From an uncultured Gemmatimonadota bacterium (GTDB lineage: Bacteria; Gemmatimonadota; Gemmatimonadetes; Palauibacterales; Palauibacteraceae), in the NCBI GenBank assembly GCA_964515425.1, contig CAZEUW010000001.1, positions 1 to 34,007 of the forward strand: 34,007 bases of DNA, written 5' to 3'. This document shows positions 16,311-24,336 of this stretch, one piece after another (position 1 is the stretch's first letter; every line of letters begins with the position of its first letter). A model generated the notes under the pieces. It worked only from the letters and a program-made list of their open reading frames with translations. It searched no databases and was not told the origin of the DNA. A program made the translations under genes and the position numbers.

Positions 16311-17912
16311 TCACGAGGTGCCGCGAGGGGGGCGGCCGGCGACCAGCAGGTATGGTACCCCTGCGGCCAGCAGCGTTCCGAGCAGGACGACGCCCCGGCC
16401 GACCGTGTCGTCGGGCGGGACCGCATCGGCGAGCTGCCCGCGGGCGAACACGCCGGCGAGTCCGCCGACCAGCCCTGCGCCGGCCACCCTCGCCACCCGC
16501 CCGAGCTCTCGACGCCCCAGCACGCCCCCGACCCTCCGGCGGAGGCCGTGCCAGAGGAGCGCCAGGTTGAGCCATCCACCCAGGGCTCCGCCGAGGATGA
16601 GGCCGGCCACGGCCACCGCGCCCCACCCGGCCGCGCGGCCCCACAGCATGAGGCCTGCGCCCACCGACAGACCCGCGGCGACCGAGACGGCGGCGTACTT
16701 CATCGGGGTCACCGTGTCCTGGAGGGCGTGGAAGCCGCTGGCGAAGAGCTTCACCGAGCTCGTCGCGACGAGCCCGACGGCGTAGGCGGTGAGGATGGAG
16801 GTGACCAGGGCCGTGCTCTCCGGACCGAACGCTCCCCGCTGGAAGAGGAGCGCCACCAGCAGGTCGCCGAAGAGGATCAGCGCGACCGCCGCCGGGAAGA
16901 CGAACCAGTTGATCTGGAGGAAGCCCAACCGCAGCCGTCGGGTCAGCGCCTCGGGATCGGGCTCGCGCGACATCTCCGGCAGGCTGGCCGTGGCCACCGA
17001 GACGCCGAACAGGCTCAACGGCAGGTAGGCGAGCCGCTGGGCGTAGTAGAGCCCCGCGATCGCCGCGGTGGGCAGCATGCTGGCCAGCACCAGGTCGAGC
17101 AGGCTCGAGATCTGGAAGATGCCCTGGCTGCCGATCACCGGGCCCGCGTTGGAGATCACGCGGCGGACCGGCTCCCAGTCGGTGTCCCACCGCGGCACCG
17201 CGTCGGGGACGAGCCGGAGCACCGCGGGCAGCTGCACCCCGAGCTGCAGGACGCTGCCCGCCAGCGTGAACCAGGCGAGCACGACGACCAGCGGCTCCCA
17301 TCCGACCCACTCGCCGACGAAGAGGCCGCCGATCTGGGCCAGGTTCCAGACCACCGGCGCGGCGAACGGGAGGAAGAAGCTGCGGTGGCTGTTGAGTACG
17401 CCGAGCGCCCACGCGGCCACCATGAGCACGCCCGCCATCGGGAACAGGATCCGGACGAGCGACGTCGTGAGGGCGGCGGCTTCGCCCCCCCAGCCCGGCA
17501 CCACGATCTTCGTGAGCAGGGGCGCCGCAAGGACGCCCAGCGCGCTCGCGACGCCCGCCAGGGCCACGACGATCCCGAGCACGCCCCGGGCGAGCCGATC
17601 GGCTCGCTCACGGTCCGCCTCGGCCAGCAGCGCGCTGTAGACGGGGACGAAGGAGGCGGAGAGCGTGCCTTCGCCCAGCAGGTTCCGGACGACGTTCGGG
17701 ATGCGCAGCGCCGCGTTGTAGGCGGAGGCGGCGAGGCCGGTGCCGAAGAAGGCGCCGATCGCCACGTCGCGCGCGAACCCGGTGACCCGGCTGAGCAGGA
17801 TCCCGCCGCCCACCGACGTGGCCGAGCGGCCGACCGAGGGCGTCCCGTCCGGCGTCCGACCGGATCCGGTGAGGTCGATCGAAGGCTGTCCGGTCCGCTC
17901 CCCCTCAGTCAC
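16311..17912 (-). CDS. murJ: Lipid II flippase MurJ (MviN)
   Basis: The signature SRVTGFARDVAIGAFFGTG...NVVRNLLGEGTLSASFVPV and a polytopic hydrophobic profile are present. The start is GTG 17912. Confidence 0.92.
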   Translation of the reverse strand: MTEGERTGQPSIDLTGSGRTPDGTPSVGRSATSVGGGILLSRVTGFARDVAIGAFFGTGLAASAYNAALRIPNVVRNLLGEGTLSASFVPVYSALLAEADRERADRLARGVLGIVVALAGVASALGVLAAPLLTKIVVPGWGGEAAALTTSLVRILFPMAGVLMVAAWALGVLNSHRSFFLPFAAPVVWNLAQIGGLFVGEWVGWEPLVVVLAWFTLAGSVLQLGVQLPAVLRLVPDAVPRWDTDWEPVRRVISNAGPVIGSQGIFQISSLLDLVLASMLPTAAIAGLYYAQRLAYLPLSLFGVSVATASLPEMSREPDPEALTRRLRLGFLQINWFVFPAAVALILFGDLLVALLFQRGAFGPESTALVTSILTAYAVGLVATSSVKLFASGFHALQDTVTPMKYAAVSVAAGLSVGAGLMLWGRAAGWGAVAVAGLILGGALGGWLNLALLWHGLRRRVGGVLGRRELGRVARVAGAGLVGGLAGVFARGQLADAVPPDDTVGRGVVLLGTLLAAGVPYLLVAGRPPRGTS

Positions 17913-18171
17913 CGGCGTCGAGGCGTGGCGGCTCCTCGTCGTCCCGGCCCTCCATCAGCGACCGGACGAACTCGGTCTCCTCCCGGAGCCGTTCGACGGA
18001 CTCCGAGAGGTATCGGAGCTCCGACTCGAGCGTCTCCACCCGCTCCTCGAGCTCGCCGGCCCAGCGGTCCTCGGAGACACGATCGGCGAGCGCCCGGCCG
18101 ACGCCCGAGTCGAGGACGATGGCCAGGATCGGGATGAGGAGGGCGAGTATGACGACGAAGGCCCAGATCAT
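17905..18171 (-). CDS. Small membrane-anchored coiled-coil protein (hypothetical)
   Basis: The product is 88 aa. It has an N-terminal TM helix (IWAFVVILALLIPILAIVL) followed by a Glu/Arg/Leu heptad-like segment. It overlaps the murJ start by 8 nt and has high GC3. Confidence 0.55.
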   Translation of the reverse strand: MIWAFVVILALLIPILAIVLDSGVGRALADRVSEDRWAGELEERVETLESELRYLSESVERLREETEFVRSLMEGRDDEEPPRLDAGD

Positions 18172-18213
18172 CTCGCTGCTCCGGGGCGGGAAGGCAGGGC
18201 GCCGACGGGGATT

Positions 18214-19827
18214 CTACCGGGGCCCGTCGGGGTCAGCAACCGCTTCCGAGTCGGCAGCTCGCGCTTCGCGGCTCGCCCTCTCGACGGCCTCGAGGAAGGC
18301 GTCGCCGTAGCGGGCGAAGTAGTAGAGGGGGCTCTGGATCCGCTCCTGGGGGCGGCCGTCCGGACGCAGGTGGGCGGCGGCCTTCCGAATCTGCCGCAGC
18401 AGGACCTCGTGCTGCTCGTCGACCCGGCCGCTCACGGCCGCTTCGAGGTCGTCCAGCACCTCGAACGCCCGGTGGCGCGCGGCCCCCACGGCGGACCGGA
18501 TGCCCGGCAGCTCGCGGTCGACCGCCGCCTCCACCCCCTCGAGCGAGCGACCGATCGCGGCGCGGGCTTCGCCGAGAGCCTCCCGGACCGCGTTCGGCGT
18601 GCCCGCGTCCCGGACGCGGCGTGCCAGCGCCTCGCCGCCGTCGTCGAACGCGTCGACGCCGACGTCGAGCTTCTCGAGCACCTTCCCGATCTTCTCCTCG
18701 ACCACCGTCCATCCGTCCCGTGGACGAAGTCGCGGAAAGGGCACGTCCGCCCACTCGAACAGATCGGGGAGCTGCGTCCAGTAGGCGAGCTCGGAGGGCC
18801 CGAGGACGCTGACGCCGGTCGGGAGGAGCCACGAGGCGAGGACGGGCCGCAGCGCCGCGTCCGGACTGAAGCGCTCGGGTCGCGCCTCCAGCTCCTCCAG
18901 CAGTCGGGAGGCAGCGACGGGTTCTCCCTCCCGGCCCATTCGGAAGCCGCCGTTCGGCGCGGCCCAGAGGCGGGTGCGCCCCTGCTCGCGGTCGACGAAG
19001 AGCGGCAGGGCGCCCTCCCCCGTCTCGATCTGGGGCTCGTGGCCCGCCTCGCGGACGCGCTGCGTGGCACGACGGAGCGCGCTCCCCGCCCCGTCCGGGT
19101 CCTCCAGCAGCCGTCGGTACAGGGGCGCGGCCGCACGGCGGAGCCCGTCGTCGGCGGCGTCGACCCACGGGATGCCGCCCTCCCCGAGGACCCCACCCAG
19201 CGCGTCCCCGAAGGCCTCCGACATCGTCCGTCCCGGCCGGTAAGCGTCTCGAATCAACTCGAGGTAGGCGTCGATAAACTCTGATCGTGGAAGGTGTTCA
19301 AAGAACTTATCCATCAGCGAGGAGGTCGCCTCGGGCAGGGCCGTGGGGCCGACCGCCCTGCCCTCGCGATCCGGCGGCGGATCGAGCGAGACGGTGCGGA
19401 TCGCGTGCTCCGAGTCGAGCAGCCGCGCGGTTCCCACCTCGTCCCAGTCGTGGTCGTCGCCCGCCACCCAGAACAGCGGTACGGCCTCGATCCCCCGATC
19501 GCGCAACGCCCCGGCGACCGTGAGGGCCGTGACGGCCTTGTAGAGGACCAGCAGCGGACCCAGGAAGAGCATCGGCTGTTGGCCCGTCGTCACGAGGACG
19601 CCGCGCCCGTCCACGACGGCGGCGAGCCGCTCCCGCAGGGCCTCGGAGCCCCCCCGGATCCGGTCGAGTCCGAGCCGGGCCTCCGCGACGTCCGGGGCGT
19701 CGTTCGGAAGCTGCAGCGTGCGAGGGGGGAGCAGTCCGGTGGCGACGTCGCCCCGCAGGAGCGCGGCGGCCAGGCTCCCGGGCGACCCGAGCCGTCGGCC
19801 GACCAGCCGGAGCTGCGCGTCGCTCAC
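18214..19827 (-). CDS. bshC: Bacillithiol biosynthesis cysteine-adding enzyme BshC
   Basis: TTGQQPMLFLGPLLVLYKAVTAL...VPLFWVAGDDHDWDEV matches the BshC (YllA) N-terminal signature. At 537 aa the product is the family-typical size. GTG 19827 lies in a GTGA overlap with the methyltransferase stop. Confidence 0.82.
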   Translation of the reverse strand: MSDAQLRLVGRRLGSPGSLAAALLRGDVATGLLPPRTLQLPNDAPDVAEARLGLDRIRGGSEALRERLAAVVDGRGVLVTTGQQPMLFLGPLLVLYKAVTALTVAGALRDRGIEAVPLFWVAGDDHDWDEVGTARLLDSEHAIRTVSLDPPPDREGRAVGPTALPEATSSLMDKFFEHLPRSEFIDAYLELIRDAYRPGRTMSEAFGDALGGVLGEGGIPWVDAADDGLRRAAAPLYRRLLEDPDGAGSALRRATQRVREAGHEPQIETGEGALPLFVDREQGRTRLWAAPNGGFRMGREGEPVAASRLLEELEARPERFSPDAALRPVLASWLLPTGVSVLGPSELAYWTQLPDLFEWADVPFPRLRPRDGWTVVEEKIGKVLEKLDVGVDAFDDGGEALARRVRDAGTPNAVREALGEARAAIGRSLEGVEAAVDRELPGIRSAVGAARHRAFEVLDDLEAAVSGRVDEQHEVLLRQIRKAAAHLRPDGRPQERIQSPLYYFARYGDAFLEAVERASREARAADSEAVADPDGPR

Positions 19828-20567
19828 GTCGCCACCCCGAGGATGAGCAGACGCGGGCTCTCGCCGCGCCGGAACCCGCTCCCGTCGTAGTCGCCGAAGC
19901 GGCACCGGGGCGCGAGCCCGGCGCCGGACAGCATGGCCGCCAGCTCCTCGGGCTCGTAGAGACGCACGCGCTCGTGGTACACCTCGGACGACTCCCCGTC
20001 GCGCTCGATCTCGATACGCTTCATCACCGTCCCGTCCTCGATCCAGCGGCGCTGTCGGACCGTACGTCCGCCGCGCTGCCGCTCGTCCTCGGGCACCAGC
20101 TCGTCGCGCACCCGCTCCGCGTCGAGGAAGTCCAGGAGGAAGCTCCCCCCCGGGCGCAGCACCCGTCGGACCTCGGCGAGGACGCGCCGGTCCTCCGCAC
20201 GGCTGTCGAAGTAGCCGAAGGAGGTGAAGAACTGCACGACGGCCTTGAACGCGGCGTCGGCGAAGGGGAGCGTGCGCATGTCTCCCTGCACGACGCTCGC
20301 TCTCGGGTCACGCTCCCGTGCCCGGCGCAGGAGGGGCAGCGACAGGTCGAGCCCCGCGGCGGCCGGTCCGGCCTCCCTCAGCAGGTTCAGGTGTCGACCG
20401 GCCCCGCAGGCCAGGTCCAGCACCCGGTCGTCCGGACCCAACTCCGTCTCGGAGAGGAAGAGCTCGACGGCGCGGGCAGCCTCGGCCTCGTCCCGGTGCG
20501 GGTAGACGTCGAGGTAGTCCTCGCCGAACCACCGACGGTACCACGCTTCTCCCCGGTCGAGGCTCAC
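19824..20567 (-). CDS. Class I SAM-dependent methyltransferase
   Basis: VLDLACGAGRH is SAM-binding motif I, and the region PGGSFLLDF is also present. GTG 20567 lies in a GTGA overlap with the rlmH stop. Confidence 0.85.
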   Translation of the reverse strand: MSLDRGEAWYRRWFGEDYLDVYPHRDEAEAARAVELFLSETELGPDDRVLDLACGAGRHLNLLREAGPAAAGLDLSLPLLRRARERDPRASVVQGDMRTLPFADAAFKAVVQFFTSFGYFDSRAEDRRVLAEVRRVLRPGGSFLLDFLDAERVRDELVPEDERQRGGRTVRQRRWIEDGTVMKRIEIERDGESSEVYHERVRLYEPEELAAMLSGAGLAPRCRFGDYDGSGFRRGESPRLLILGVAT

Positions 20568-21037
20568 GGCCCCCCTCCCCGGTGATACGGCTCGCCCCGG
20601 AGGATCGTGCCTGCCCGGTACAGCTGCTCGAGCAGCACGAGCCTGGCCAGCTGGTGTGGCAGCGTCATCGGCGAGAGCGACAGCCGTCGGTCCATCGCTT
20701 CGAGCAGGTCGGGCGCCAGGCCGTGAGGCCCGCCCAGCACGAAGACGGCGCCGGGCCGGCCGTAGGAGCGGAGCTCGCCCAGGTAGCGGGCCAGGCCCGA
20801 GGAGGTGAGGCCCTTGCCCGTCCGCGTCAGCCCGAAGCTCTCCAGCGCGTCGGGCAGGCGACCCCGCAGCGCGTCGGCCTCCTCCCGGAGGGCGCGATCG
20901 CGCGGCAGCGAGCCCGGGGCCGACGGGACCTCGATCGTCTCCAGGTCGAAGTACCGGGCGGCCCGCTCGCCGTAGGTCCGGATCGGATCGGCCAGCGGTG
21001 CGCCCGGCGTCCCTACGGCGAGGATCGCGACGCGCAC
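20564..21037 (-). CDS. rlmH: 23S rRNA (pseudouridine1915-N3)-methyltransferase RlmH
   Basis: This is the 3' 157 codons of tracked ORF 20564..21199, starting at GTG 21037. The SPOUT C-terminus FVLGGPHGL...LSLSPMTLPHQLARLVLLEQLYRA is present. Confidence 0.9.
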   Translation of the reverse strand: MRVAILAVGTPGAPLADPIRTYGERAARYFDLETIEVPSAPGSLPRDRALREEADALRGRLPDALESFGLTRTGKGLTSSGLARYLGELRSYGRPGAVFVLGGPHGLAPDLLEAMDRRLSLSPMTLPHQLARLVLLEQLYRAGTILRGEPYHRGGGP

Positions 21038-21041
21038 GGGT

Positions 21042-22628
21042 CTAACCGCTCCCCCGCACGACGGTGTCGCGGAGGTGACGCTCGCTGTCGCGGTACGGAT
21101 GGGTCTCGGTGTAGTGGAGCCCTCGGCTCTCGCGTCGGGCGAGGGCGCAGCGCACGACGAGGCGCGCCACGCGGAGCAGGAACTCCCCTTCCCGCGCACG
21201 CATGGCCCCCGCGCCGGTGCCGTCCCGCGCCGGGGGCCGGCCCGTGAGCGCGGCGAGCGCGGCGCGAGCCTCGTCGAGCCGCTGGTGCGAGCGGACGATG
21301 CCGACCCGCTCCCACATCAGCTCGCGGATGGTCGCTTCCCGCTCGCCGGGATCCGTTCCGTCGCGTCGGAGCGTCTGCGGCTCGGAGGGGGTCGGCTCGA
21401 CGGGCTCGATCGAGGGCAGCGCCTCGCGGACGTGCAGCGCCGCCCGATGGGCGAAGACGACGGCTTCCAGGAGGGAGTTCGAGGCCAGGCGGTTCGCCCC
21501 GTGGACGCCCGTGCACGCGACCTCCCCCGCCGCGTAAAGGCCGCTCAGCGTGCTGCGCCCGTGCCGGTCGGTCAAGACGCCGCCGCACTGGTAGTGCGCC
21601 GCGGGCACGACGGGTATCGGGTCGTCCGGAAGCTCCAGCTCTCGCTCGCAGCACGCCGCCAGGATGGTGGGGAACCGCTCCTCCAGTGTCTCGCGCGAGA
21701 GGGTGCTCACGTCGAGCAACACGTAGGGGTCGCCGCGGCGCTGCATCTCCGCGTCGGCCGCCCGGGCCACGACGTCGCGGGGCGCCAGCGATCCGGCCGG
21801 GTGATGCTGCTCCATGAAGGCCTCGCCGGAGCGCGTCCGGAGCACGCCGCCCTCGCCGCGCACCGCCTCGGAGATCAGGAAGGCGTGGGTCCCCGCCGGG
21901 TACAGGGCGGTCGGATGGAACTGGAAGAATTCGAGGTTCGCCACCGCTGCCCCGGCCTCCACCGCCAGCGCGACACCGTCACCCGTGGCGATGGCGGGAT
22001 TCGTGGTGTGACGGTAGAGGCGTCCCGAACCGCCCGTGGCGAGCAGCACCGCGCGCGCCGACACGTCGAGCCACCTCTCCCTCTCGACGTCGAGCACGCG
22101 AGCGCCGACGCAGCGAGGGCGCGACGTGCCGGGATCGGGGGCCGTGAAGAGCGACCAGAGGAAATGGTCCTCCAGGACCCGGACACGGGGCGCCTCGGCC
22201 ACGGCCTCGAGCAGCGCGCGCTCGATCTCCCGCCCTGTGAGGTCGGCCGCGTGCAGGATACGCCGGCGGCTGTGGCCGGCCTCGCGTCCGAGCGACAGGG
22301 AGCGCTCCCCGCGGGTGAAGCGGACTCCCCAGTCCATCAGCTCGCGCACCCTGGCCGGCCCCTCCCGCACGACGCGCCGCACCACCTCGTCGTGGCAGAG
22401 GCCGGCACCGGCCGCGAGCGTGTCGCGCCGGTGTAGGTCGGGGGAGTCGTCGTCGCTCCAGGCGGCCGCCACCCCGCCCTGGGCGAAGTTGGTGTTCGAA
22501 TCCGCCCGGTCCTTCTTCGTCACCAGCATGACCTCGGCCGACTCGGCGGCCTTGAGCGCGAAGGTGAGTCCGGCGATGCCGCTGCCCACCACCAGGACGT
22601 CGGTCTCGCGCCGCCGTCCGTTCGTCAC
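21042..22628 (-). CDS. nadB: L-aspartate oxidase
   Basis: This is the 3' 528 codons of tracked ORF 21042..23396. DVLVVGSGIAGL is an FAD motif, and NTNFAQGGVAAA and HPTAL are also present. GTG 22628 lies in a GTGA overlap with the lpxK stop. Confidence 0.92.
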   Translation of the reverse strand: MTNGRRRETDVLVVGSGIAGLTFALKAAESAEVMLVTKKDRADSNTNFAQGGVAAAWSDDDSPDLHRRDTLAAGAGLCHDEVVRRVVREGPARVRELMDWGVRFTRGERSLSLGREAGHSRRRILHAADLTGREIERALLEAVAEAPRVRVLEDHFLWSLFTAPDPGTSRPRCVGARVLDVERERWLDVSARAVLLATGGSGRLYRHTTNPAIATGDGVALAVEAGAAVANLEFFQFHPTALYPAGTHAFLISEAVRGEGGVLRTRSGEAFMEQHHPAGSLAPRDVVARAADAEMQRRGDPYVLLDVSTLSRETLEERFPTILAACCERELELPDDPIPVVPAAHYQCGGVLTDRHGRSTLSGLYAAGEVACTGVHGANRLASNSLLEAVVFAHRAALHVREALPSIEPVEPTPSEPQTLRRDGTDPGEREATIRELMWERVGIVRSHQRLDEARAALAALTGRPPARDGTGAGAMRAREGEFLLRVARLVVRCALARRESRGLHYTETHPYRDSERHLRDTVVRGSG

Positions 22629-23641
22629 GCCCGGCCTCCGGCGACCCGGAGCACCCGGCGACGCAGCCGAGCCTCCCCGTCCGTCCACTCCGGCTGGTCG
22701 CGCAGCCACCAGATCGGCGCGCGGTCCCCCAGCGCGGACGCCAGCTTCGCCCTGTCCTTCAGCGTGCCCACGATGCCCCGCTCTCCCGCCCTTGCCAGGA
22801 TTCGCTCGGCGCTCTCCGCGTCGAGGTCGCCGTGATCGGGAAGCACGAACCGCGCCTCCGGCAGGATCCCGCGCGCCGCGAGCGCGTCGATGAATCGATC
22901 CGGCTCCATCACCGACGAGACGGCCACCGCGATCGACGGCCGCGTCGACGCCGCGAGTTCGTTCACGGGTTCCAGCTCCCCGGGGCGCAGGACGAGCCGC
23001 GCCACGATCGTGCGGTGTCCCAGCCGCGCCAGCCAGCGCTCCATCGGCGGTGGCACCGGAGGATGCCCGGCCCTCCGGACGAGGACGACCGCGTCCGCCC
23101 GCCCGACGCTGGACCACCCCTCCCTCAGCGGGCCGGCCGGCAGCCGGCGCCGGGCCCCGATCAGGTCGGCCGTCGTGACCGCCAGCACGTCGAGGTCGCG
23201 GGCCAGCGAGCGCCGTTGGAAGCCGCTGTCGAGGACGACCGCGTCCGCCCCCGACGACGCCGCGAGCGACGCGGCACGCTCCCGGTCGCGTCCGCCGAAC
23301 ACGCGGTCGGGGCTCCCGAGCACACCGTGGACCCGCATCTCGTCGAGGAAGCCGTGCGTGATCACGGCCGGCCGCAGGCCGTCCTCCCGGAGCCATCGGG
23401 CGACCTCCGCGGCCAGAGGCGTCTTCCCGCTGCCGCCGACCGTGAGTCCCCCGACGGACACCACCGGCACGCCGGGGTGTCTGGCCGCCAGCACGCCGAG
23501 GTCGTACAGGGCGTGCCGGGCGTCCTCGACCGCCGCATAGAGGGCCGCGCCCGCCCGAAGCCCGATCCCGGGCGACCCGCGCCAGGCGCTTCGCACGCGG
23601 CGCTCCCGGCGGGATCGGAGATCGACGGTCTCGAGGGTCAC
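22625..23641 (-). CDS. lpxK: Tetraacyldisaccharide 4'-kinase
   Basis: VPVVSVGGLTVGGSGKTPLA is the P-loop. GTG 23641 lies in a GTGA overlap with the upstream stop. The product is 338 aa. Confidence 0.9.
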   Translation of the reverse strand: MTLETVDLRSRRERRVRSAWRGSPGIGLRAGAALYAAVEDARHALYDLGVLAARHPGVPVVSVGGLTVGGSGKTPLAAEVARWLREDGLRPAVITHGFLDEMRVHGVLGSPDRVFGGRDRERAASLAASSGADAVVLDSGFQRRSLARDLDVLAVTTADLIGARRRLPAGPLREGWSSVGRADAVVLVRRAGHPPVPPPMERWLARLGHRTIVARLVLRPGELEPVNELAASTRPSIAVAVSSVMEPDRFIDALAARGILPEARFVLPDHGDLDAESAERILARAGERGIVGTLKDRAKLASALGDRAPIWWLRDQPEWTDGEARLRRRVLRVAGGRA

Positions 23642-24336
23642 GTCACCGCCCTCCCCAGCGCCCGCTCGCACCGGCGACGCTCGTGCTCGATCGCGTCCTC
23701 CACCCGGGCGGTCCATGACCGCAGGCCGTCGCCCTCGCCGAGGGAGCCGTCCTCCCCGGAGGCCGCGAGCTCGGCCGGTACCTCGAGCGGGGCCCCGCGC
23801 GAAACGATCACGCGGGCGAAGGGGGCCGGGACCAGGAAGCGGTCCCAGCTCGCCAGTCGGCGCCCCCGGGAGGCGGCGGCGGCGAGGGGCACGATCGGGA
23901 GCTTGGTGGCGGCTGCCGCCCGCAGGACGCCGGGCTTGCACCGGCGCGCCGGCCCCTGCGGTCCGTCGGGCGTGAAGGCGAGGGGGTGACCCTCGCGGCC
24001 GGCCCGGATCATCGTCTCCAACCCCTCGGAGCCGCCCCGCGTGCTCGATCCCCGGGCGGCCTGGTGGCCGAGCCGGCCCAGCACTCGTGTCAGGATCTCG
24101 CCGTCCCGGTGCTGGCTGACCAGCGCGGTCACGCCCGCCCCCCGGTGCGCCAGGGCCAGGGGAAGCAGGTGCTCGTGCCACAGCGCGTAGACGGCCGGAT
24201 CCAGCGAGAACGGCGGGCGCTCCCGCGACGGCACGTCCCGGTCGGGCCCCTCGAGCCGCGACCAGCGCCAGCTCGCCGCGAGCGGCCTGGCCGCCGCCTC
24301 CGCCAGAGCGCCGGCCATGCCGGCCGGTATCCTCAC
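23638..24336 (-). CDS. DUF374-type lysophospholipid-acyltransferase-like protein (usually associated with Kdo transferase)
   Basis: This is the 3' 232 codons of tracked ORF 23638..25140. The pattern YALWHEHLLPL...VSQHRDGEILTRVLGRLG...ARGSSTRGG...AFTPDGPQGP is present. GTG 24336 lies in a GTGA overlap with the lpxB stop. Confidence 0.78.
   Translation of the reverse strand: MRIPAGMAGALAEAAARPLAASWRWSRLEGPDRDVPSRERPPFSLDPAVYALWHEHLLPLALAHRGAGVTALVSQHRDGEILTRVLGRLGHQAARGSSTRGGSEGLETMIRAGREGHPLAFTPDGPQGPARRCKPGVLRAAAATKLPIVPLAAAASRGRRLASWDRFLVPAPFARVIVSRGAPLEVPAELAASGEDGSLGEGDGLRSWTARVEDAIEHERRRCERALGRAVT

Noticed and set aside
14086-16785. Very long plus-strand ORFs antisense to real genes: 14086..16785 (899 aa), 30273..33023 (916 aa), 16284..18137 (617 aa), 5391..7028 (545 aa) and 10218..11792 (524 aa).
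   Set aside because: They are Arg/Pro/Gly/Ala-rich low-complexity translations with no recognisable motifs. Each lies exactly opposite a confidently identified minus-strand gene (uvrC, bamA, murJ, pcm/surE, TPR). Such shadow ORFs are typical of ~70% GC DNA, where stop codons are rare in the off-frames.
14443-17412. Tracked ORFs with long N-terminal extensions. Examples are the 989-aa 'UvrC', 784-aa 'NadB', 518-aa 'LpxK', 500-aa DUF374, 537-aa oxidoreductase, 504-aa 'LpxD', 596-aa 'Der', 451-aa 'GpsA' and 414-aa 'PlsY'.
   Set aside because: The extensions are Arg/Gly/Pro-rich, overlap the upstream gene by hundreds of nt and precede the conserved family N-terminus. In each case a start codon in a 4-nt overlap, or a start with a Shine-Dalgarno sequence, gives a protein of the family-typical length.
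18202-18230. Inverted repeat CCGACGGG...CCCGTCGG spanning the bshC stop codon, as a possible attenuator or terminator between bshC and the small protein/murJ genes.
   Set aside because: The loop is 13 nt, there is no U-tract, and one arm lies in coding sequence. An 8-bp GC-rich inverted repeat is not exceptional at this GC content.
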